Positions 27,986 through 39,800 of a stretch of DNA of 63,648 bases are shown here, piece by piece. The stretch is taken from IMG/VR virus record IMGVR_UViG_3300025141_000080, positions 1 to 63,648 of that record; one strand, written 5' to 3'. The notes beneath the pieces are model-generated. The model did no database searches, was not told where the DNA came from, and was given only the letters and a program-made list of their open reading frames with translations. Position 1 is the first letter of the stretch, and every line of letters starts with the position of its first letter. The translations under genes and the position numbers were made by a program. The stretch is from a virus (Duplodnaviria > Caudoviricetes).

Positions 27986-28982
27986 GATTAGATTAAAAAT
28001 AGATGATAAGGATAAAAATCTTATCATTCCACTACAAACTAGTTTTGATGAGACAGGTAGAGGGGATTTGATTAATGAGTACGAACATGAACAAGTAGCC
28101 AAATTAGTTAATATCACCAAAGATTTTGAAGCCACACAATATCGTCATGCAGCTTGTGAGGATGCACTAGGACCTCCTGGAGCATTTAGTATTGGATGTG
28201 AGGACCCAAGTCCTAATATTTTTTATAATTTTGTATTTGCGGATAAAACAACCTCACCAACGACATGGATTCCTAATATACCAGGGTACCCAGGAGGCAC
28301 ACCGGTACCTGTACCACAGAACCTCTACCCAATGTCTACAGGAATGAATGGAGTAGCTCCCTGTGTACCTGAGGACTATACAAATTGGCCTATTTATCAG
28401 GATGTACAATATGGATATGATTTTATGGGGTTTACTCCACAGGAAATATACATGAGTAATAAGGATTTTGTAAAAAGTTTCTTTAAATTAGATTTTTATG
28501 ATAGTGTTAATAGAGACACACAGAAATTATATATTTCTATAATATTAAATCCGGTAAATGGAACTAAATTTGGTAGACCTACATTTGATTTGTCTTGTGA
28601 TGGTGGACTAGACGGTATTTTTAATTGTTTTCCTAATGCAGAAAGACATATACAAGTGCCTAAATTTGAGTTAGATATGTTGGATAACAATGACGGATAT
28701 TTTATTTACTGGTTAAAAGAAAATACTTTTTTGAATCTTAACACTTTTTATATGTCATGTAAATTCTATAATGCAAGAACAGGTAAAACACATAGAATGA
28801 TTAATACCCCACCTGCCGCTTTATATAACGAATATAATTTTGATAGAGAAAAGAGATTGTATTATAGGGTAGAGTTGAATCAAGCAACTTATACCTACAC
28901 TGTGTATGATGTAAATACAAATTTAAGAGTAGGATTAGATTTAACAAACGAAATAATGTTTTATGAATATGATAATATCTAA
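27972..28982 (+). CDS. putative structural protein
   Basis: 336-aa ORF overlapping both neighbours, with a Pro-rich insert. Confidence 0.65.
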   Translation: MGVNKIRLKIDDKDKNLIIPLQTSFDETGRGDLINEYEHEQVAKLVNITKDFEATQYRHAACEDALGPPGAFSIGCEDPSPNIFYNFVFADKTTSPTTWIPNIPGYPGGTPVPVPQNLYPMSTGMNGVAPCVPEDYTNWPIYQDVQYGYDFMGFTPQEIYMSNKDFVKSFFKLDFYDSVNRDTQKLYISIILNPVNGTKFGRPTFDLSCDGGLDGIFNCFPNAERHIQVPKFELDMLDNNDGYFIYWLKENTFLNLNTFYMSCKFYNARTGKTHRMINTPPAALYNEYNFDREKRLYYRVELNQATYTYTVYDVNTNLRVGLDLTNEIMFYEYDNI

Positions 28983-30604
28983 TGGAGAAATATAATTTTA
29001 AAATAAAAAGAAGATTTTATCCGGGAGGTAAAGAAGTTATTTCATCTACATTACCAAATGATTATGTTTATAAAGATGATGGTAACGCTCCTCTTACACA
29101 AAGTTGTACTAATTGTTATTTTAATAATGCAGGCTTTTGTGAGTATTGGAAATCAACCATTAGAAGTGACTATTGGTGTGGGGAATGGACTAGTCAGTTA
29201 ACACCCTTTAACGATTTACCAGAACCTGCACCTTGTTTAACGGGATACACTCTTCCCATACTATTAACACAAGATTTTAACGATATCGGAGTCTATACAC
29301 CTTGGGACGGATTGGTATTACAAAGAGACGTTGTAAATAATTTTGTTTATACTGGATATGGACAGAGTATTTGTGTCTTTAATACGTCGGAAGTAGAGTT
29401 AAAAAGATTTTTAACGTTTGCAGACTATAGAATTGATTGGGGTGACGGCTCACCCTTAACCTTTCTCACCCTACCAAATACGAGAGCATGCCACAATTAT
29501 ATAGGAAACCCTACTACGGGACATACTATCACCTTAAGTCAATCTAATCCTTGGGGAACAACACACATTAAGAAAATAGTAAATACGCCTTATTATGAAA
29601 ACCCTATCATACCTAATGTATTTGGCACTATTAGTTTTGCACCACCCAATATGGGTGACCCTGTAGGGTGTGAATATATAGAACAAAATTATATATTTAG
29701 TGGTGATAGTAATCCGGACGTTTACGACCATTTCTCAAGTAGGTATGTAAATACACCAATTCCAGTAACAGGTTACACAGACATCCCTAAGATACACTTA
29801 TTTGGACAATATGGTCCTAATTATTTACCACCTATTGGAGTACAAATAGATTTACCAGATGAATCTTATGGGACTATACATGAAATAACAGACGCTTATA
29901 CTTCATACACCATAAATTATATAAACTATATTGATTATCCTAATGGCAGTACGTATTTTGAAGCAATGAGTTTTGGACTCAATGAAAATAATTTAGACTA
30001 TGTGTGTTGTACGGATGAAGAAGAAGGGTGTGATTGTAAAAGAAATCCTAACTTAGATTGTTGGATGTGCCATCAAGGTGGTCTGTGTCTGACAATATAC
30101 GATTATCTACAGGGTGGGGGTCCTGGCTGTGTAGGTATGACTACACAAGAATGTTTTGATAGTTGGGCTTATCAGCTCCCAGATGGTACTTGGCAGGGTG
30201 GGAGTGGACAAGAATTTTTCTGCACTGAAAATGAATGTAGACGTGGTTGTGGAGGAAGTGAGGGTTATAGAACAAACGTAACAACACAAAATAATGTAAA
30301 TTCTAATTATTCACCATACTCAACAAGAGTAGGATATAGTGTGGGAAATGTGGTAACTTATCATAGTACGCTTTATAGATATATGGGCAATACTACATAT
30401 GGAACATTAAGTGAGAATACCACAAATGAAGTAATGATAGATTTAAGATACGACGTAGGTAGTAGGCAGCTCAACTACATAAATCAAAATGGTGAGCCTT
30501 ACGGGGAATGCCTATCAACTCCACCTGAGTTTGACCCACAACATTGGCAGACCCAGACAGGAGAACAATATAATGGATATGTAACAATATGGGAATTAAT
30601 TTAA
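28982..30604 (+). CDS. structural protein with HiPIP-like 4-Cys motif, PKD domain and CBM5/12-like C-terminus
   Basis: CTNCYFNNAGFCEYWKSTIRSDYWCGEW; YRIDWGDGS...HNY...TITL (PKD); YSVGNVVTYHSTLYRY. TAATG coupling to the upstream gene. Confidence 0.6.
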   Translation: MEKYNFKIKRRFYPGGKEVISSTLPNDYVYKDDGNAPLTQSCTNCYFNNAGFCEYWKSTIRSDYWCGEWTSQLTPFNDLPEPAPCLTGYTLPILLTQDFNDIGVYTPWDGLVLQRDVVNNFVYTGYGQSICVFNTSEVELKRFLTFADYRIDWGDGSPLTFLTLPNTRACHNYIGNPTTGHTITLSQSNPWGTTHIKKIVNTPYYENPIIPNVFGTISFAPPNMGDPVGCEYIEQNYIFSGDSNPDVYDHFSSRYVNTPIPVTGYTDIPKIHLFGQYGPNYLPPIGVQIDLPDESYGTIHEITDAYTSYTINYINYIDYPNGSTYFEAMSFGLNENNLDYVCCTDEEEGCDCKRNPNLDCWMCHQGGLCLTIYDYLQGGGPGCVGMTTQECFDSWAYQLPDGTWQGGSGQEFFCTENECRRGCGGSEGYRTNVTTQNNVNSNYSPYSTRVGYSVGNVVTYHSTLYRYMGNTTYGTLSENTTNEVMIDLRYDVGSRQLNYINQNGEPYGECLSTPPEFDPQHWQTQTGEQYNGYVTIWELI

Positions 30605-32979
30605 ATATATATAAACCACTCTATAAGCCCTATGCAAAATTCATATGTAGAGGTAATGATAAGAGTCCTTGTGGAGCTCATGGAAATGTTACATCCGATT
30701 GGGGTGCGGGCTGTCATAATAATAGTCAATTTGACGACTTTTCATGTACCGAGCAAGACGGGTATTGTTGTGATATGTTAAGTAGAAGTCCAGAGCAAGG
30801 AGGACAAGCAGTAGGAGGATGGGCCTCATCACTGAACTATAAAAAATATGATACCGCATTTGGAATAAAAGGGGACTGCACAGGTTGTCCAGTAGACACT
30901 TGTTCTAACCACACCTCTACTAATTGTAAAAGACCTTGTAGAACTCTTTGGGTTAATTGTGGTTACTGTAGTGGTATCATTTGTCATAAATATTATTGGC
31001 ATCCTTGTCATTTTAGAATAGAGGTAGGATGTACCAATCCCAACTCCTATCTAGGAGGAGCACCTAATGGTACTTGTAAAGAGAATTGTATACAAGCACC
31101 GAAATATGTTACTGATGGGTTACCTGCTGGATACGGTTCAGATGAAGACATATGTAGTTTTAATCGGAACGCGAATTTTGATTGTGAAAAAGCATCCGCA
31201 GATGAGGATGGTGGTCAAGAATGGCCGAGTGGACCAAAAATGATATTTACAAACATTAATAGCACTTACAAGTGGGGAAACACCACCTCAGGAGGTTCAT
31301 CTAGATGGAGAAGAAAGGGACCTGAAACCGCGGCGCGAGGAAATGATGGTTATGATGGGTGTTGTACTTATCTAAGTTTTGGTTGTCCCGACCCTAATTT
31401 TGGTAGTTATAATGCACAGGCTCAATTAGATTGTAATGGAAATTATATAGGTTCAGCCGCTTATCTTAATCAACCACAACTAACTAATATACAAACTAAT
31501 GACCCTTATTATAACCCACCCGTTGTAACAACATGGAATCCTGACCCAGGACCATGGGCTGTACAACAAAATGGTCTGTTTGATTTGGCAACGGATGTAA
31601 ACGGAATCGCGATTAACACAACTTGGGAACCAAAAATAGACTGTGAAAGATGTTATGACACTACCAGTCAACCACCAGTTCCATGTACTGGCCCCGGTGA
31701 CCCCGCATGTGCGCAAACAGGAACTAATCCTGGTTGTAATGCAGCGATTTGGGACGCATGTGGGATGGACGGAACTTTTAAAGGTGGAGTTCCTCTCTCT
31801 AGCTATATATGTTCGAGCTCTAGACTTTTTGATGGTGATGATGAAACTAGTAGTTATAGTTCACCTACTGCTGCTAATTTGAATGCGGTACCTTGTATAT
31901 GTAACAATTCTGGATGTATGGATAGTAGTCAGATAAACGGTTCTTACGCTAATGGATTTAGTCCATTAAATACTTTAGATTGTACAAATGTTCTAGTTCC
32001 AGGAACTACCTCAAACTATTCAGACCCTACAGGTTGTTGTAATTGGACTGTTTATGGATGTACGGACCCAACCGCTATTGTAAATGGAAATAATAATTAT
32101 TTTTGTTGTCAAGGTGACGACTCAACTGCAGGTACTGGTTCTAGTAATTGGATGGGAGACTATTGCAGCACCAACCCAAATCAAGTGTTTATTGGAGACA
32201 ATACTTTTGGTGGATGGGGAGACGGTACAGTTAATGCCGGAAATTGTGCAGGAGCTACAGAGGTAACTAACATTACTTTAGTTGATGACGGAAGTTGTTC
32301 ACTCAATATCACACCAGGATGTATGGATGATGGTGGACCATTAGCTGGTGGAAGTTGGCCCTCACCTATCTATCCTGGGTACGCAGCCTCTAATTTTGAC
32401 CCCACCGCTACTGTTCATGTACAAAGTAGCTGTATATATAATAAAGGATGTATAGACCCATTGGCACTAGGGGTTACTCCTACTCTCGGTACTTTATGTG
32501 GAGGAGGTACTTTTACTATTCCATCTTCAACAGTGATACCTAGTTCAGAATGTTGTGACTATGATTTACAAGGTGTAGGCCCAGGATGTACTGACCCTAT
32601 GGCTTTAAATTATAACCCTTTAGCAGACCCTGATGACGGAAGTTGTTTATACCCAACGGAAGGATGTACGGACCCTAACGCAATAAATTTTAATCCAGCA
32701 GCTATACTAGATGACGGAAGTTGTGAGTATTTAACAGATTATCCAGAAGTAGGAACTAACTTTTTAGACGGGACACCTATTGAGTTATGTATGGAACCAC
32801 TAACAAAAGAAGAGGTATTAATAAACGTTTGTCAACCCACAGAAATACAATCGGATGTATTTATTGAAAGAGGTAAACAATCTGTGCTTTCACCCAACCA
32901 AAGACTTGGAGAAGTTAAAACAATAGGTGGTTTAGAAGATTACGGTTATGGCTACTATAACATAAAAAACGAAGGATAA
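30589..32979 (+). CDS. Cys-rich GCTDP-repeat structural/adhesin protein
   Basis: About 55 Cys in 796 aa (manual count); eight GC[TMIP][DN] units, the last two canonical GCTDPxAxN[YF]NPxAxxDDGSCxY. Confidence 0.7.
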   Translation: MGINLNIYKPLYKPYAKFICRGNDKSPCGAHGNVTSDWGAGCHNNSQFDDFSCTEQDGYCCDMLSRSPEQGGQAVGGWASSLNYKKYDTAFGIKGDCTGCPVDTCSNHTSTNCKRPCRTLWVNCGYCSGIICHKYYWHPCHFRIEVGCTNPNSYLGGAPNGTCKENCIQAPKYVTDGLPAGYGSDEDICSFNRNANFDCEKASADEDGGQEWPSGPKMIFTNINSTYKWGNTTSGGSSRWRRKGPETAARGNDGYDGCCTYLSFGCPDPNFGSYNAQAQLDCNGNYIGSAAYLNQPQLTNIQTNDPYYNPPVVTTWNPDPGPWAVQQNGLFDLATDVNGIAINTTWEPKIDCERCYDTTSQPPVPCTGPGDPACAQTGTNPGCNAAIWDACGMDGTFKGGVPLSSYICSSSRLFDGDDETSSYSSPTAANLNAVPCICNNSGCMDSSQINGSYANGFSPLNTLDCTNVLVPGTTSNYSDPTGCCNWTVYGCTDPTAIVNGNNNYFCCQGDDSTAGTGSSNWMGDYCSTNPNQVFIGDNTFGGWGDGTVNAGNCAGATEVTNITLVDDGSCSLNITPGCMDDGGPLAGGSWPSPIYPGYAASNFDPTATVHVQSSCIYNKGCIDPLALGVTPTLGTLCGGGTFTIPSSTVIPSSECCDYDLQGVGPGCTDPMALNYNPLADPDDGSCLYPTEGCTDPNAINFNPAAILDDGSCEYLTDYPEVGTNFLDGTPIELCMEPLTKEEVLINVCQPTEIQSDVFIERGKQSVLSPNQRLGEVKTIGGLEDYGYGYYNIKNEG
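32584..32730 (+). repeat. tandem coding repeat GCTDP...DDGSC x2
   Basis: ggatgtac.gaccct...gatgacggaagttgt repeated with a 78-nt period. Confidence 0.8.
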
Positions 32980-32989
32980 AAAATAGAAT

Positions 32990-33895
32990 ATGGCTTTAGG
33001 AACATATGGAATTAAAAGACCAGCTGATGTATCACCAGAAGATGTAGAAGTAATAATGGTCTATACCCCTTCTAGGGATTCAGTAGAGGGGGCTACAGTA
33101 AAAAAATTAAATGCAGCAAGCATATTAACACCTTATTACCACAATAGTAATACGTCAGGTGGAGACGGTATAGAACTCTTAGGTGGGTTATATAATTTAA
33201 AATTACCAGCGGTAGAATTTGGGGAAAAAGGAATCTACACCTTGTATGTAAAACCACTAGAGGTAAGAACTACAATAACAGATTGTGGGGTTCTTTCATC
33301 ATTACCTAACGTCAAAGGACTTGTTTTTGATATAAATAATGTGCCCGCATCTCAAAGAAATAAATTTGTTAATAATGGGTTAGTTGGGTTTAGAATTGAA
33401 TATTTAAACTCGGACGGAACTAAAATACCTAATTTTTATAGAATAGTAACATCTTCTTTTTTCTGTGAACCAATCACTCAGAATTTAACAAATAGTAACC
33501 AAAAAGCAGTAAGATATAGATACATCAACGGAGGTAGTAATTTATTATTCGCCACATTAACCCCTACTTCTGCTCCTAGTAACAAACCAACCGCTTTACC
33601 TTATATTGGTCAACCATCCCAAAACGTTATAATAAGTAATACTTATTTTAATCCCATAAGTATAGAAATAGAAATGGTGGACTATGATATTGATAGCTTA
33701 GGTATAGCTTTATATGGAAATCAAACTAAATCATTAGCAGACGGAATTTATACCATCTATGATAGTAATGATAACATTTATAAACAATATAATTTATTTG
33801 AAACACGTGACCAATTTGGAGAACCATTATACGAGGTAAGACAAGATAGAGGTAATAATATAGATTTCACTAAAGCTTTTAATAATATTGCTTAA
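32990..33895 (+). CDS. putative baseplate structural protein
   Basis: 301-aa globular-looking ORF in the operon; no family recognised. Confidence 0.65.
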   Translation: MALGTYGIKRPADVSPEDVEVIMVYTPSRDSVEGATVKKLNAASILTPYYHNSNTSGGDGIELLGGLYNLKLPAVEFGEKGIYTLYVKPLEVRTTITDCGVLSSLPNVKGLVFDINNVPASQRNKFVNNGLVGFRIEYLNSDGTKIPNFYRIVTSSFFCEPITQNLTNSNQKAVRYRYINGGSNLLFATLTPTSAPSNKPTALPYIGQPSQNVIISNTYFNPISIEIEMVDYDIDSLGIALYGNQTKSLADGIYTIYDSNDNIYKQYNLFETRDQFGEPLYEVRQDRGNNIDFTKAFNNIA

Positions 33896-33898
33896 TAA

Positions 33899-36800
33899 AT
33901 GGCAAATGGATATAACAATATAGGAAGTGGTAGTGATACTTTTGGTGATAAGTTAGTTGGACAACAATTTACTGACGCAACCGCCCAATTTACACTAGGA
34001 AACTTTGGTATCACGTCTGGAGCAAAGGCAAAAGATAGTCGTGAATTTTCGTTTGGGAATTTTTCTGAACCAATCACTCTATCGACTTTAAATTTTACAT
34101 CCACAGAAGAAGCACGAAAAGCTGCTAGTAACAGTTTAGAGGTATTCATTAATTATGATAGAAGCAAGGTTAGTAACTTTGTTTTATATGGTTCATTAAG
34201 AGATAGATTACGAGTTGCAGTTAATAATGTAATTAAGAATTTTCCTGCCGCATTAGTCTTCACTAAACTAAGAAAAAACTTCCTTACCGGTAATACTGCT
34301 ACCAATATAGTATTTGACGCGATAGAAAACGAAACTACACTTAATCTAGAATTATTAAATGTAGACAATCCTTTTAGTATAGATTTTACTAAAATAGGTA
34401 AGGTTTATACGGACCCAGACGCTAACCCTCTTAGAAATTTAACTCAGTTATACGGTAAATATTCTCTTTTTATTCGTGACCAAGAATACCCATTAACTTT
34501 CATAACCCCAACTACCGGAAATACTGTCACTGACACTCTTTCTATAGAAGTATACGGTAATCCTTTTACCGGACAAACTGCTACTACTGAGAATTTCTAT
34601 ATAAAACCTAATACCCATGAAACAGAAGAAATATTTAATAAATTAGAAGATGTTGAGAAATTTTTAATAGAGAGAGACACTGTTCCTATCTATACTTCTA
34701 AATTTGATATTCCTTCCCAAACGGATAGTGGACAATTTGTTCAAAACACAACCTCAATTACTTGGCCGTCCACTAATAATTGGAATTTACAAATTACAGG
34801 AGCCTCTTTTAATGTTTATTTAAGTAAATTATTAGATGTTGCAGATACTTTTGACGCTTATAAAACTAATCTAGTTTCGAGATTTTTAACTACCGCATCC
34901 TTTAAAGAATTTGATACCGAAGATGAGAAAGTAGACCAGATACTTAAGATTTATGGTAGAAGTTTTGATAATATAAAAACATACATTGAAGGATTAGCTT
35001 ACATGACTAATGTAACTTATGATTCTAAAAACAATATACCTAATGAGATACTAAGTAATTTTGCTCATACATTAGGATGGAAAACACCGTCTGCAATAGA
35101 AACAGAAGGATTCTTAGAATCTATTTTAAAAAGAGGAAATTCCGAATATGCGGGAGAAGCACAAACTAAAACACCTACGGAACTTAATAGTGAGTTATAC
35201 CGAAGATTGTTAGTTAACACCTCTTATCTCTTTAAAACAAAGGGAACCAGAAAAGGTATTGAGTTTTTATTAAGATTTGTCGGGGCACCGGAAGCACTAA
35301 TAGAATTTAATGAGCACGTTTATGTGGCAGGACAGAAAATCAATATGAATAAGTTCAACCAACGAATGGGAGTCATATCTGGTGGCTCTTATGTTGAAGA
35401 AACAATTATTAATAATCAATTCTTTTCTGCGGCTACACCTACTTTTCCACCCGTAATAGTTACGGGATATACTTTTGGTACTCAACCAGTAACAATAGAT
35501 ACTACTGTTACCCGAGCACAATTTCCAGTAAGCTCCCAAGGGTACCCTTTAGCTCCTACATTTAATGAAAATGGATTTTTCCAAGCAGGTGCAGGATGGT
35601 TTGAAGAAACTGTGGAACATAGAGGAAAAGAGATGGTTAATTTGGCCACTTCCGTTTTTACGGGAAACACACCAAATGTTAAAACCAAACTCAACAAATT
35701 TAGTTATGGTGAACCATATTTAGATTTATATAGAAATTTTCCAGATACAAATCTAGGGTTTGATATAATAAGGACTACAGATAATAAAAAATCATGGGTT
35801 TATAAAGAAGATAAACAAAGTAAAAGATTATATACATTTGAGGATAGGGGTACTAGATATTTTACCACTGACGAAAGATTAGTTATAAATGTAAAAAATG
35901 TTGATTTATTTTTAAATGTAGGTCAAGGATTAACCTGGGACGTGTGGAATATGTCTAATAAATTTGGTTGTCCTTTTGGTAAAGACCCATTAGGTGCACC
36001 TTATCCAGACGTAGATGGTCCTGACTGGACTCAAATTCAGATAGACGCATCTAAAATGCCGTTTGTAGAATTTTCGGACCAATTCTGGCAAATACTCATT
36101 AATGTAAAAAATAGACAAACTATAGATGATGGACACGCAGGTGGGTATCCTACCTTATTAAGTATTTATCTTGACTACCTTAATAGTGATGTTGCTTGTG
36201 GAATCCCTAGTAATAAGTACACCTACCAAAAAATGATTGATTATATAGAAGGAATAGGTGATTACTGGATAAGATTAGTGGAACAATTTGTTCCAGCTAC
36301 CACTATCTGGCAAGGAGGAACTAGATTTGAAAATTCAGAATTTCATAGATACAAATACGCTTATAAACATGAACCATTATGTGATGATTTAGAGTGTTTT
36401 GGTTCATTTATAGAATGTACTGGACCTAATTTTAATCAACAATTAGTTGACGGTTTCTTAGGGTGTCAAGGTACTATTTTTAGTGGAGCAACTTGGTCTA
36501 ATAGATTAACATTAGGTGGCACAGTATATAACGGAAGTGCTGGTGGAGGAATTTATTACTCCAGTACAACTCTGTCGGACATTCCTAGCACCCAAAATTG
36601 GTTAGACGACGTAATTTCTATACTAAGTGGTATAACCCAAGATATTAGTGACCCTAATAATTCTTTGACCTGGTATGTGTTTGACGATACACCTACTGAC
36701 CCAGATTTACCACCTATAGATAATCCTAAAACTATAATAGTCCAAGGCCCGTGTAGTGGAGGGACAGATATGTGGAATGCTTTAAACGGTCCAGACCCAC

Positions 36801-39800
36801 ATTACTTTTCATTAGAAACATGTTTAGATATGGATGTTCAGAGAACGTCTTCTATTGGTGCAAATACGGATATCTTTGTATATTATGACAGTACATCTAT
36901 GGGTCAGGCAGTTGCAAATAATGCAAAAACTACAATATCAACCTGGACTGCTGGTATGACAGACTGGACAGGAAATTTATATCATATTGTTACTAAGAAT
37001 GAAAGATGGTTATGTAATGTCCAATATCCGTGGACAGGACAAATGAACTGTAGAGGACCATTTAACAATAACTTCAATGACGGAATTACATGGGGGGAAT
37101 GGTCGAATTTCTGTGAATTACCAAATCCAAATTCAGACCCTTATGGACTACCTATGACTATAAGCACTACAAACGATTACAATGCCTCTTACGGTAATGT
37201 CGCGGGTAGTATTATTGGTTGGACCGGAGGAAGTAAAGATGTTTTAAATATTGTTTTACAAGATGAGACGGAGTTCATGTATCATGGAGCTCGTCGTAAT
37301 ATTGGACCAAGTGGTGATGTACTGTGTTATGGATTTGCAAGTAGTAGTACGGGGCCAGGATTTGGGGTTAATGCTCCAGTAGGTGATGTAGAAGACTGGA
37401 ATTCTGGAGCTAATAGTAATTGGGCCATCAGAGGTCCTGCTATTAGAATAGGAATAACCAATCAAGGTTGTCCACCATACCCCATGAAGATTCCTGGATA
37501 TCCAAATACTTTTGAAAATCCATTTAATTCTAATTATGTACAGCCTGGTTCCGCCTATGGAGGTGTATCTGCAGGTGCAGATGGTGTAGGAAATGCATCT
37601 GGACATGGACTAGGTGGAGGATTTCCACGATTTACAGTTTTAAATAGTGGAAGTAATGCCTACCCAATTGGTGGTGGATTGGCTCCTGACCCTACGATTA
37701 CGAGTGTTATTCAACCTACCATCCCATATTCTGCAGATTTTTATACATTTAGACATATATACACTAATTTTGATAACTTTAAGGCGTTTGTTTATCCGAT
37801 TGTTAGAGATAGTCAAGCGGCTAGAACTTCTTTTCCATTACACGTATATGGAGCAATGGAAAGAAATACTGTAGGTCTAGACGTTTTAAAAGTAAACCCA
37901 ACAGTTGACGCTTTAGGTGGTAGTTTCTCTGCTATAACAAAATATAACCCATATTCAGGATTAACGATGTATAAATCCTTATATCCGGACCAAGCTACTA
38001 GTGCAGTTACAATAATTAATACAATTGCTTCTACAGTAACAGGGTATACCGCTACCACATGTTTTATAAGTGGTGCAACTTGGGGACCAGGAACACCAGC
38101 ACTCGTAACTAACCAACCTTCAGGTATTTTTGAATATAGTTGTGATGCAAATGGAGACCCCGCCACCGGAACGGTATGGACTGCTAATTTTGACAGTGCT
38201 GTTGCAGATTTACAAATAAATTATACTGGCATGACAGCAGATGGTAGAAATGAATCAATCTACTCTCTAACCGGTTCTACACCAGAATTTGCAGTTAATA
38301 CTGGAGCTACCGCAAATCAGTTAGCTTGTCAAAATCCACCTAAATGTTTTTATTCAGCGGATACCACATATAAAGTTTATGTGTCTAACGCAGGATTAGC
38401 ACCTGATTTAGGACCAAACGTTCTTACTGCTACTACTAGTATAGAATTAGGAAGATTAGAAATGAATTGTAGTGGATTAGATTCAGGTTTAGAATCTTTT
38501 GGATGGGGATGGCAGCATAATTTAGGACCTACAGGAACAAGAACGCAGACCACCCAACCTAACGGGTGTTCCTTCACTAACGTAACTCAAAACGGAGTGT
38601 CTATAGCTAACAGTAATCCAACCTACTCGAATTCTTCAGGTGTAGTTGGACCATTAGCTGGTAATGATAGTGCATTTTTTACTGGTGATGTGTTCCTTAA
38701 TGACTTAAACAGCTTTTTATCAGGAGATACAGTAGGAGCTGTAACTGGATGTACCATATGTCTACCTACATGTACAGCGGGATGTGAAGATGCAGAAACA
38801 TGGAGCCCCACAAGACAATACTCACAAGGAGATATGGTATTAGGGTATCATGGAGATTGTTTTATAATGATTGAAATGGGCCCATCGTATACCAGCAATC
38901 CAGAATATAATTGGAATAGTGAAAATCCAGGAATAACTAAACAATGGAATAGACTTAATGATGGAATGGGAATTCCATTTCTAGGGGGTAATAATTTTAG
39001 ACCAGCGGATGATTGTACCGATTTTGAAGAAGTGATAATACCAGAAAATCCAGGTGGAACTGGTAACACCACGACAACTTCACCACCTATTTTTAAAGAC
39101 GGTATTTTTAATGTTGGAGGTCAAGATTGTTTTGAATCAAGATACTCCCCTTGTTTAGCTGGAGCTAACCCTTCTAGTAACATATGTGCATGTGATGCAA
39201 TAGATGATAATACTGAATTTGAATATAGAGTTGGTAATATTGTTTGTTGCCCAGAAGGCACATCTGGATACATTGCTGGGGTTAAGTGGATACTTCAAGC
39301 ACAGTCCACAACTGTTCCACCATATAATTGTGGACAACAAATTTTTAGTTACGACTCTTTTTGTGAAAATTATGTTGAAGGGAGTACACCTACTGACGGA
39401 TGCTGGACACCATGTACTGAAATGGTAGCAATGCTTCCGAGCATTACTAGTCAAAATGAATTAAGGAAAGAAACCTTATCATTAATAGTTAATGACCCAG
39501 AAGACCCTTGTAACCCTACTGTTACAGGACAGGGAACATCAGGAAGTCTACCTACTGGCGGAGATGGTGGTAGAGAAGACCCAATTGACCCAGAACCGGG
39601 GTTATGTAATTGCATCTCTAATAATACAACCACATTAGAGTTAAATATGACTCAAATTCCTTGGGGAGATATACCACCTGCGGTTATGAATTTTAGAATG
39701 GGTAATAGTAATCCAGATTACGGTGATACCGATTTAGCTAATAGTTTATATCACGGACCCAATAAATCAAATTGTTATCAAGCTAACATGTCCTTATGTT

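Noticed and set aside
30574-30606. Canonical -1 programmed frameshift joining ORFs 28982 and 30589
   Set aside because: The only XXXYYYZ heptamer (TTTAAAT, 30600-30606) is in the wrong frame and spans the stop. ORF 30589 has its own ATG. Left open only as a non-canonical possibility.
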